From Podarcis melisellensis (taxonomy: Eukaryota), in the NCBI GenBank assembly GCA_964234715.1, contig OZ174278.1: a stretch of 64,000 nucleotides of DNA. The stretch is one strand, 5' to 3'. Made by a program: the position numbers and the translations under genes. The notes beneath the pieces are model-generated. The model saw only the letters and a program-made list of their open reading frames with translations, had not been told where the DNA came from and searched no databases. This document shows, one piece after another, positions 35,110 through 46,068 of this stretch (positions are counted from its first letter, which is position 1; each line of letters starts with the position of its first letter).

Positions 35110-35893
35110 CTGGAAGAAAAGCAGCATTTTAAGTCATATAGTATCCCTAGATTTTAATATTGTAATATTAAGTCAAAACGCTTAGGAGGTCAGTGAACTG
35201 CATCAAGAACTACATCTCATTTTAGAGATTTCACAAAGGATTAGTCTCAGTATTTCATACAGGACAAAGAACTATTAGACTGGCTACGCCATAACCTAAA
35301 ATCCAGAATGAGTGTCTTGTTGTTCAACTGCTCTTTGTCAATTTGCAGAACACTCATGCAGAAATCAACAGCATTAGGACTCTCTAATTTTGCATCTCAG
35401 TCACATTCCAATTTGGACCAGGGCATTTGCTGGGTGAGAAGTGCCGTGTGGGCTAAAAAAATAGGCTGCACTGCATTCACAAAGGTGCTGTAGATACAAG
35501 CCTCTTCTTCTCATTCAACAGATGGCCCATAAGAAATGGGAGGACAACCAAGAGACCTTAGTCATTGTTCCACAGGAAAAAAGCAGTACTGGGAAGTTTT
35601 TCTCTCAACTGGCTGGTATTTGTCAGTGACAAGGACTGCAGAAAACAGAGTAGGAGCTGGATGCATTCAACAAGTGCTCTACTCCAGACTGTCTAAAAGA
35701 AGAGGTGGCAGAGATTCTGGGCCTTCAATATCTGAAGCAGAAATATCAGCTTCACCAGTTCATGTTTGGCCTTTCATGTAGCAATGAAAAAAACAGCCTG
35801 TGTCCAGTGGAGGGGTGTGTGGCAACCCAACTTCAGTTACCACACCAAAATTGCTACAAGTGGAAACCTGCAGCTCAGACTGCTGCCACTCAC

Positions 35894-36003
35894 CAGGTAT
35901 AGATCTGCAGTTCACTGGAAGGTACGTTTCCACGGGCAAACTCATCCATTCGGTGATGGCGCCCATTGTTGGTGGTGAAGACCCTCAGAAGGAGAGGACA
36001 GGT
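35894..36003 (-). CDS. SAP18: SAP18 exon 2 (TCPLLLRVFTTNNGRHHRMDEFARGNVPSSELQIYTW)
   Basis: 110 nt, ttacag acceptor, gtgagt donor. Confidence 0.97.
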
Positions 36004-37272
36004 CTGTAAGGCAAAGAAGAAACCAGTCACTTGCTGCAAAGCAAGCAACGAATAACAAACCCAACTAACCTAGATCGCATACAAGAATTGTTTTGTTTTC
36101 AACCTACATTTTTATACAACACTTTTAAATTAATTCTTATAACCAAGTCCTTAATGTAAGACTAATGTAAAGACTATCCTTTAATCAATACTTGTAGCTA
36201 AATTTATCAAAGGGGAAAAATATTTCAAGACCTAAGATTAAATTTGATATTGTTAAGTACTCTTAAAAAATAATTTCTAACATTTAATTGCATTTTTTCT
36301 TTTAATTTTTGTAACAAAAAGCCAACACCTTATATACATTAAAATGGAACAGGGATCTGTTTAATCTATGATAAACAATTTCGAGGCATTTTTTTTTACA
36401 AATTTTATGAAATAAATAATAACAAACGTTGGCCCTTTCTGTAACATTTGTTATTATTTATTTCATAAACTTTATACACCATTTGACTAAGAAACATCAA
36501 GGCACTTAAGTGGAACCTTTTTTAAATCTAGAGGTACTTGGAATTTTCTTCATATGTAACGGACTTGTGCTTGGGCTACAAAAAACTGTAGGATATAATT
36601 ACAAAGTTTAGCAAAAACTGTGGCTAAATAAAGGTTGAGACTTTAGCTAATTAAATTAACTGCTCAAAAGATGCTCCAATCAATTCACCTGCATAATATG
36701 TGAGTCGTTATTTTATGTCAATTCTCTTATAGTGTAATAGGCAGTGCTGCTGTTTTATGTCTTGATATTTCTTATTTACATTGTCTTCTGCATGCATATA
36801 TCTTCTGTACTATCATTCCTTATGTACTTTTATTACATATCTACATATATTTTTTTTAAAAAGCTATTGCATCTTAGCCTTTTCCCATTAGACATTTTTA
36901 TATCCCATGGATATAAAAGCAAGCCAAAGTGGAAAAACTGAATTTTGCTTTTATAAGCGGGGGGGGGGGGAGAGACCGCTTGTGTAGACACACCCCTCCC
37001 CACTTTTTCCAACACCACTTAGACAACTTATCTAAACGAGCGTTTCTTCAGCCATAAAATAGGACACACACATACACACACGTAAACGGTATGGTTGAGA
37101 GAAAGGCATCTCTTAGTTCACCAATGCTAAATACTGAACGTCTGAGTAGGCCATCACGAAGTCTCCCAACAGGTAAACCAGCCCTCCCTGTGAAGCATAC
37201 ACGCTGCTGCAAACGCGGGCGTGTAACGTGTGAAAGCGCCCTCCCGCCTCTTCCCCCAGCTCCTCCCCACAC

Positions 37273-37344
37273 CTTCTCACGATCGATAGGCTTCTCGGGC
37301 TCCTTCTTAATCTCCTCCTGAGTAACGCGAGACTCCACCGCCAT
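37273..37344 (-). CDS. SAP18: SAP18 exon 1 coding part (MAVESRVTQEEIKKEPEKPIDREK); total 153 aa
   Basis: AAGATGG Kozak context, gtgtgg donor; the four exons sum to 462 nt. Confidence 0.97.
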
Positions 37345-37830
37345 CTTGCTGTCTGGTCGGACCGACCTCCGTGGAAGCGACCCAGCGAAGCGAAAGGGGA
37401 GAAGCGGCAGCCAAGGCTCCGGTTCCAACCCACAAGCCGCACCTTCCTCCCCGCCGCAAGTTCTCCCCCACCCCAAGAGCCCGGACGTCGCCTCTACCCG
37501 CCTCTTCAGGCTCCGCTGAAGCAAGATGGCGGCGCCCACGGGCGTCAAGCTTGCTTTTGGAACCGCGGCGGCGCAAGGTCTCGCGAGGTCTAAGAAACAA
37601 AACGTTGGGCTTCAGAGGCGAAGCTTCTTCGAAGTGGCCAATAAGGATTCGCTCCGCGATGGAGGCGCGGAGATCCTGGGCCGAGATTGGGGCGCGCGGG
37701 GCTGGGGGCGGGGCAAGAGTTGCGGTTGGGGGAACTGAAAAGAGAGGCTGGGGCCTGTTTGTGAGGTGTTCGGCCGCGGGAAATGCGGGCTTGGCGGGGA
37801 CGCGTGTCTGGAGGTGCAGGTTCACACGTT
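37345..37830 (-). promoter_or_regulatory. SAP18 CpG-island promoter / 5' UTR
   Basis: CpG-rich; YY1-type caagatggcggc (~37522), tctcgcgag (~37579), CCAAT boxes (~37639, ~37686), GC box (~37706). Confidence 0.8.
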
Positions 37831-38135
37831 CAACCCCCCTTTGTTATTCGGACGTGCATTATACACCGAAAACATTTAGTAATTGAAAGCTTTAATTTTA
37901 TATGCACTGTAAAGAGTACACACGCCCAATATATATCATCGTCATTATAATTATTCTTTGTTTCCCAGTCTTCACCCCAACGTCCCAGGGCAAGTTACAA
38001 CAGTTAAAACGTGGTATAAAAAACATTTTAAAAGACTTAAAATTACCGAAGTGAAGTGGGTACTAAAAACACGCATCTGGAGTGTCAAGTACATGATTTG
38101 TAAGCCGCAGTGGTTTATAGAGCGTCGGTCTTAGG

Positions 38136-38352
38136 ATAGTCAAAAAAAATTCCTTGCAGTAGCACCTTAAAGACCAACTAAGTTAGTTCTTGGTATGAGC
38201 TTTCGTGTGCATGCACACTTCTTCAGAAGAAGTGTGCATGCACACGAAAGCTCATACCAAGAACTAACTTAGTTGGTCTTTAAGGTGCTACTGGAAGGAA
38301 TTTTTTTTGTTTTGACTATGGCAGACCAACACGGCTACCTATCTGTAACTGG
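38136..38352. mobile_element. Penelope-like element pseudo-LTR fragment in inverted-repeat configuration
   Basis: 84-bp arms (38141-38224 / 38226-38309) around a 1-nt centre; ctgaagaagtg...cacgaaagctcat...ggtctttaaggtgctactg resembles reptile Penelope pLTRs. Confidence 0.75.
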
Positions 38353-39986
38353 ATCTTATGATAGTGTTAGCCTATGAGCATATAAAGTTCCATGCGTCAA
38401 AACACCAGCTTTGATCGCACTTCAGTGCCCTCACAGTATCTCCCTAACCCCTTGCATTTACAAGTAGTAATCATTTTTACTGCTGGTAAACCTGTTCCAA
38501 TAAAAAAAAAATCATATACATGTAGGAAGAAAGCAACTCTCAAGTACTGTATCACAATTCAGCAATCAAAACAATCTCTGGGACTTGTTTTCTTTTTGCA
38601 TAATATAATCTCAATGAAATATTTACTAAAATAAAAATACAGGAGAATATGCAGACTCTAAGTCTGCCTTGAATTTCCAGCATGGGGGAAACAAACTCTA
38701 TATTGAACAGCATGGGTGCGATGACTAGTTTTGAGTGACATACTTTTCAACAATAAAACTTATAAAAGACTTAATCTGGGTATGCACCTTTTGTTATTGG
38801 ATAGTGGGCCTGTGTCTTTAAATGGCTAACTGGCAGTCAGAAATTCAGCTGTACATCTTTTATGAGCAATTCAATTTGACATTGTTAGCTAAGTTTCACA
38901 GGAGCTGCAAGGTAACCTTGTGGCATTGTCTATGCAAATCATTTTACAGAGAATTTTCTTTTACTTGATAGTAGCAATTGTTGGTGATCTGGAGTACTTT
39001 TGTGGATAAGCTAGAGGGCACTCAAGTATATTTCCATGCTTAGCTGCATAAGGAAGTTGCAGACTCAGAAGGCACTGCATTAAACAACCTATTTTATTGC
39101 TGTTTCTTTCCTAATTGAAGAGAGAGAATGTGTTTAACGTGTTTACACCTGAAAAGTGTTCTTCATCTTCTTGGAAGGTAGTAGAAGTCTCCATATTGCT
39201 TTGGCAAAAGCTGTTGGGACTTCTATGGCTCTGCCTGCCATTTCCCCCAATCCTTTTCTCTGAAGCTCTGTGGCACCTTAAGACTAAATAGGTTTTTTTA
39301 TGTAGGGCAGTTCTCTTTCTTCTGTCATGTAACCCTCCCTGAGAAATGTAATCAAGAGACACCAGTTTGTTCTTTTGCAACGTTCTTGTAATATATATCT
39401 CATTAATGCTGAGGCCTTTAGTGACAATATTTCTTTCCTCTAATAATAGCTCTTCGGAAGTATTTTAGGAATCTGTTTGTCATGCAATTAAGGATGTGCT
39501 TTGTTCAGAATAAAAAAAGAGGGGGTTGATTGTTTATAGTAGTAAATGTGTGTTTTAAAAGGGGGGGTGGAGTAGGGACACAGGAAATCAATTCCTCATA
39601 CGGCATGAATCACTTACATTCTTGGCAACCAAGTTCAAGTTTACAAGAATGCTCAGTTTTATCAACTTCCTTCAAAATATTGTAAGCTGAGAGCACAAAA
39701 GTGGTTGGAGAGAAGAGAACAGGAGAAAAAAGATACATGCATGGATCTGTGTAGAAGGCTTAACAAATGGCAAGGAAGCAGTTAATGTAGTAAATAAATG
39801 TTCTTGCTCAAAATATGTTGCAAATTTACTATTGAACTAGTGGTCCGGTGAGAGAAGAGCAAAAAGGTATCCTCCTAAAGCTTTTTTGCATTGCAGAAAT
39901 GGGAGAAGAAGTGAGAGCCGAAAATCAAGTTCACATTTTGAATTTGTTGCCCATTATGATTCTGCTTAAAGGCATTATTTTGCCCA

Positions 39987-41012
39987 TTGTTGTTGTTGTT
40001 TAGTCGTTTAGTCGTGTCCAACTCTTCGTGACCCCATGGACCAGAGCACGCCAGGCACTCCTGTCTTCCACTGCCTCCCGCAGTTTAGTCAAACTCATGC
40101 TGCTAGCTTTGATACTTCGGTGATCAGCCGCCTTTATGGTCCAGCTCTCACTTCCATACATCACTACTGGGAAAACCATAGCTTTAACTATACAGACCTC
40201 TGTTGGCAAGGTGATGTCTCTACTTTTTAAGATGCTGTTTAGGTTTGTCATTGCTTTTCTCCCAAGAAGCAGGCGTTCTTTAATTTCGTGCTTGCTGTGA
40301 CCATCTGCAGTGATCATGGAGCCCAAGAAAGTAAAATCTCTCACTGCCTCCATTTCTTCCCCTTCTATTTGCCAGGAGGTGATGGGACCAGTGGCAATGA
40401 TCTTCATTTTTTTGATGTTGAGCTTCAAACCATATTTTGCGCTCCCCTCTTTCACCCTCATTAAAAGGTTATTTAATTCCTCCTCACTTTCTGCCATCAA
40501 GGTTGTGTCATCTGAGGTTGTTGATATTTCTTCTGGCAATCTTAATTCTGGCTAGGGATTCATCCAGCCCAGCCTTTCACATGATGAATTCTGCATATAA
40601 GTTAAATAAGCAGGGAGATAATATACAGCCTTGCCGTACTCCTTTCCCAATTTTGAACCAATCAATTTTTCCATATCCAGTTCTAACTGTAGCCTCTTGT
40701 CCCACATACAGATTTCTCAGGAGACAGATGAGGTGATCAGGCACTCCCATTTCTTTAAGTACTTGCCATAGTTTGCTGTGGTCGACACAGTCAAAGGCTT
40801 TTGCATAGTCAATGAAGCAAAGATGTCTTTCTGGAACTCTCTAGCTTTCTCCATAATCCAGCGCATGTTTGCAATTTGGTCTCTGGTTCCTCTGCCCCTT
40901 CGAAATCCAGCTTGCACTTCTGGGAGTTCTCGGTCCACATACTGCTTGAGCCTTCCTTGTAGAATTTTAGGCCTAACCTTGCTAGCGTATGAAATGAGTG
41001 CAATTGTGCGGT
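39987..41012 (-). mobile_element. BovB (RTE) LINE fragment, RT region to 3' tail, with frameshifts and internal deletions
   Basis: RTIALISYASKV...QAGFRRGRGTRDQIAN, DDTTLMAESEEEL...YGLKLNIKK; (caa)n tail at ~39987-40000. Confidence 0.95.
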
Positions 41013-41957
41013 CATTACTAAGAGGCAAAACTGGAGTCAATTCCAGCTGAGCCAATTCCAGACGAGAGTACCATATATATATATATATATATAATTTTTA
41101 AGTATACACTTAGCGTGTTTTATGTATATATCTAAAAGGGTAAATTATGAAGCACTGTTTGGGCTGGTCAAGACCAGCAGAGGACTGTAGCAGCCCCTGT
41201 CTTGGTGAACAATCAGTAATGCAACAAGAAACTGAGTAAACGAGCAAGAAATAAAACACAACGGAGCTAAAATACCTTCTTCCCATAAACACTGATGGGA
41301 TCTGAGAACTGCACATGACTAACTCAGAAAGAGCGTATTGTGTTGCGTTGTACAGCTCATTGAAAATACCATCTCAGTGTGCGGTGACAGGGGGGGGGAG
41401 CAAATTCCATACCACAGATGATTTTAAAAGGTTTTGAAAACAAAACTGCTAGTAAGGCTCTGGTGGTGGGAACATCCCATGCCTGGAGTTCTGCTAATGA
41501 GACATTCCTGTTGAAAGAAAAAGATATTGCACGGTGGTAGAAGATCTGCCTTGTGGGCAGAAGGTCCTAAATTTAATCTGCAGGTAAAGCTGGAAGAGAC
41601 TCAAACCCTGGAGAGCTGCTGCCAGTCATTGCAAGCAGTGCTGAGCTTGAGGGACAAATAGGCTGATTCAGTATAAGGCAGCTTCCTATGTTCCCGAGTT
41701 TTTTATTCCAGAAAGGAGGGATTGCATGTTCTGCTGGTTTCCCCCCAGCTCCTTTGCTCCTTGAAAATCTGCTCTGGAAGGTTTGGGGACCCTCCAGAGA
41801 AGCATGAGAGGCAGTGGGTGGGGAGAAGAGATTGGCCAAAAGAATCTGTTGCCTCTGCTGGATCCAAATTCCATCCTTGAATGGGAGCACACAGAAGACT
41901 AGTTGGGATCCGAGGCATATTTTTATAGATTTGGTGTCACTCCATGTACTGTTCCAA

Positions 41958-42298
41958 GGGACGCGGGTGGCTCTGTGAGTTAAACCACAGAGCCTAGGAC
42001 TTGCCGATCAGAAGGTCAGAGGTTCGAATCCCCGCGACGGGGTGAGCTCCCGTTGCTCGGTCCCTGCTCCTGCCAACCTAGCAGTTCGAAAGCACGTCAA
42101 AGTGCTAGTAGATAAATAGGCAGGAAGGTAAACGGCGTTTCCGTGCGCTGCTCTGGTTTGCCAGAAGCGGCTTAGTCACGCTGGCCACATAACCCAGAAG
42201 CTGTACACTGGCTTCTTCAGCCAATAAAGCAAGATGAGCGCCGCAACCCCAGAGTCGGTCATGACTGGACCTAATGGTCAGGGGTCCCTTTACCTTTA
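41958..42298 (+). mobile_element. Sauria SINE
   Basis: gggacgcgggtggc head, cctttaccttt tail, 13-bp TSD atgtactgttcca. Confidence 0.93.
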
Positions 42299-42369
42299 TG
42301 TACTGTTCCATTTCCCCTGCTTCGTAAAAGGATATCATAAAAGCTCTGCATCTCCTTTACATCTGCAGG

Positions 42370-42740
42370 TGTAGCAGTGGACATGCTGGACCATTGTCTT
42401 TTCTTGGTAATGGACTGGATGAGAGCCAACAAACTGAAGCTCAGACAGGAGAAGACTGAAGCACTCTTTGTGGGTGGTCATGGACTAGAATGGATGGGAG
42501 GTGACCTGGTCTTGATGAGGTTACACTCCCACAGGAAGGAGCAGGTATGTAGCTTGGGGGTACTTCTGAATTAATTGCTGTCCTTTGACAGTCAAATGGC
42601 CTCGGTGGCTGGAGTGCCTTACATAAGTGGCCCACTAACGCCCCTCTCTGGCCAGGGATAGCCTAACTTCTGTTGTCTATACTCTGGTAATCTCCAAGTT
42701 AGATAACTGAAATGTGTTGTATCTGGGCTGCCTTGTGGAA
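42370..42740 (+). mobile_element. Degenerate L2-clade LINE fragment
   Basis: Encodes VMDWMRANKLKL..KTEAL...QVCSLGVLL, typical post-RT sequence of L2/CR1-group LINEs. Confidence 0.65.
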
Positions 42741-43310
42741 TTCAGCAGCATTGGGTGTATTTAAATGAGGAATTATAAAATTCTAGAATAGAATAACACA
42801 GTAATTCTTTCCTGTATAACTAGGTTGGGAAGGGGTAAAGGAGAAGAGCTTTGCCAGAGCTCTTTGTCCACCATGGAGACCCCCACTATGCTTGTGTGAA
42901 ATTCTTTGGGCATAGATCTGCTGCTGGCATTAACTAGGGTTAAGCCCTGAAACTGGGCATTCCAGGGGTGAGACAGAATCAGTCCTAGATCTGTTTGATC
43001 CATGGAGGCTGGTTCATTAGGGCATATGGGGCAGTGCCCCACCAGTGTTAAGCTTTTTATTTCTTGCCATCTTGCTGCTGTCAGAGTGAGGTCTTCTGGT
43101 CATTCTGATTTAACTAGGTGACCTGCTTTATTTTAGACAGCCCAAATGGACTTGTAATCAGCCAGAAGGGCTGCTGTGTGAGGTTAAAGTATTTACTGTT
43201 ATTTTAATGCTTGTCTTGCTGCCAGCAAATGCCTTAAGTCACTGACAGCAATGTTTTCTTATGTATGTATACCCATAAACAAGACCCACTGTGTTCAGTG
43301 AGGCATAAAA

Positions 43311-43668
43311 AAAGGTAAAGGTACCCCTGCCCGTACGGGCCAGTCTTGACAGACTCTGGGGTTGTGCGCCCATCTCACTTAAGAGGCCAGGGGCCAGCGC
43401 TGTCTGGAGACACTTCCGGGTCACATGGCCAGTGTGACATCGCTGCTCTGGTGAACCAGAGCTGCACACGGAAACGCCGTTTACCTTCCCGCTGGTAAGC
43501 GGTCCCTATTTATCTACTTGCACCCGGAGGTGCTTTCGAACTGCTAGGTTGGCAGGCGCTGGGACCGAGCAGCGGGAGCGCACCCCGCCGCAGGGATTCG
43601 AACCGCCGACCTTTCGATCAGCAAGTCCTAGGCGCTGAGGCTTTAACCCACAGCGCCACCTGTGTCCC
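43311..43668 (-). mobile_element. Sauria SINE (same subfamily as 34467-34823)
   Basis: Near-identical reverse complement of the 34467 copy. Confidence 0.93.
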
Positions 43669-45711
43669 TAGCATACGCCCAGGTAAATGTGCCTAGCATT
43701 GCAGCCTGAATGAAGCAACTCTAATCTTAAGCTTCCTTATAAATCACTCAGAGCACAATTTATTGATACACACAAAAACATTTTAATATTTTTACCTGTT
43801 AATTTTAATTGTTCTCAATGGTTTTTACTAATAATTTTAAGAATTATTGTAAACCACTTTGAGGCTTTATTACAATCAACAGTATGTAAATTTTGATAAT
43901 TAATTAAAAGGAGAACTAAGGTGGCAGTTCTGGCTCTTGTCAGGAAGGCCCCCACAACTAACAAACCAAGCTAAACTCTGGCACCAGCCATAGCTTTGAG
44001 CTTAGAAATCTGTCTAATGCAGTAGTTTGCAAACTCCCCCCCCCCCCAGTCCTATTGAAAACTGCTGGAGGTCTTGGCGGACCACTTAGGGTATTTCTGC
44101 CCACTGCAGTGATTGTGATACCCTGTGCTATATGCCGTATGATTTTAAACTCTATTTTTTGACGCTTTTATTTTTCTTCTATACTGTATTTTGTAAAGAA
44201 ATAGAATTCAAATTGTAATACAGTATAAGAAATAAAAGAAGCCATACAGATACCATTAAAAAGGAGTACGACTATAGAATGATTTTTGTGTCGTCACCTG
44301 TTTTCAACCACAAATCCACAAGTGTGCCCTGGACCACCTGAATGAACATTGTGGACCACAATTTGGGAATCCCTGGTCTAATGCTTTCACGTACCTCTGC
44401 ATGGGACAATAAGGATGCAGTCATGAAATCCTTCCACTGAAAAATATATATCGTCTTTCCACAGCTGTGGTTTTATTTCATCACAAGAGGCGCACGTGGC
44501 ATAGAACATAGAAGAATTGTGGGAGTTCCTTGCCTTATGGTGACATTTCCGTGGGGAAAGGAAGAGCACAATAATAAGATTCACTGACTATGTGTGCATA
44601 TATTAATTCCTGTAAAATAGTCATTGAAAGTCATGCTTCCATTTTTCCTGAAACCCAGGAGAAAAATAATTATTCTGTTGTAAATATTTGGCTGGAGGGT
44701 TTTTGTAACAAACCTTAATGTTTTCATAGAAATCAGTGAGTGACTAATGCTTGGGAGCTGACTGAATTCATTCCAAGACCAAGAGTTATGAAACTGTGCT
44801 TTGAGCTAGCTTCCTTTCACATTACCACTCTGTCAAGTAGAGCCCTGACCTTTCAGGACCACCCTCTTCAGGAATGGAGGTCATTCTGCCTGCATCCTGT
44901 CTCACGAAGGCACACCCCTCCCCCTCCAAGTGCAAGAGAGTTTCTGCTGCAGACGGACGGTGACATTTTGCTTCCCTGTACAGTTTCTGCTATGGATTTT
45001 TGTTTGCCAGTGAAAGACAACAGTGGTGAAGCGAACATGAATAAAAACACGCACAGCAAAAGAAACACAGTACTGTAACAGCCTTTCACTTGGAAATGCA
45101 TCATGAGCTACTGAAATAGACGGCAGAGGAGCTGGAAGTGTACCATTAATAGACAAGCTGCATCTTCCTTACTTAGATACTGTGTGGTATGATACTAAAC
45201 TGAGCACTATTTCTGGGGTTCTCTTCATCTCTAGCAGTGTTTCTCTACTAACTTGTGATGCTTTTCTTAGAGCCAGTTCCCTGTGTTATCCTCTAGGCCA
45301 GTGCCACAAAACCACAAGCCATGGGGTTGAAATGTGACCTCTCAAAACCAAGTCACATCTCTCACTGGCACTATTTTTCAGCCTCCTTGAGTTTTTTTTG
45401 CCCACCTGGACTGTGTTATTGAACTCTGAATTATGCTTCTTGCCTGAATGGAGGCTAGACAGAGGCATCTGAGTGTTTGCAAAACCAACCTATTGTATAA
45501 AGATGAAATTTACATTAGGTGCACCACCCATTTTGTCTCTGGCCCCACCCATGTGCCCCCCTTGACCTCCACAGAAGGTTGTCCAGAAGGGAAGGTCACC
45601 CACTGTCTCCAAACAGTTCCCTACCCCTGCTAGGTACATCTGTCAGGTTCCATTTTTAACCCCATACCCCAGTTTAGGAGGCCTTCTGCCTAACTTGTAA
45701 ATGCTATAACC

Positions 45712-46068
45712 AAGGTAAAGGTAAAGGGACCCCTGACCATTAGGTCCAGTCGTGGCCAACTCTGGGGTTGCAGCGCTCATCTCGCTTTATTGGCCGAGGG
45801 AGCCGGCGTACAGCTTCCAGATCATGTGGCCAGCATGACTAAGCCGCTTCTGGCGAACCAGAGCAACGCACGGAAACGCCGTTTACCTTCCCGCCAGAGC
45901 GGTACCTATTTATCTACTTGCACTTTGACGTGCTTTCGAACTGCTAGGTTGGCAGGAGCAGGGACCTAGCAACAGGAGCTCACCCAATCGCGGGGATTCG
46001 AACCACCGACCTTCTGATCGGCAAGTCCTAGGCTCTGTGGTTTAACCCACAGTACCACCCGCAGTTCC
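45712..46068 (-). mobile_element. Sauria SINE
   Basis: Full-length; TSD tataaccaagg. Confidence 0.93.

Noticed and set aside
37345-37548. In-frame 68-codon upstream extension of SAP18
   Set aside because: Starts at TTG with no in-frame ATG; open frames are expected in GC-rich promoter DNA
40000-41055. Reverse-transcriptase-like ORFs as a possible domesticated or novel RT gene
   Set aside because: Frameshifted, internally deleted, 5'-truncated BovB copy
41958-42050. tRNA-like A/B boxes (ggttcgaatccc)
   Set aside because: Head of a Sauria SINE, not a tRNA gene; same for the other copies
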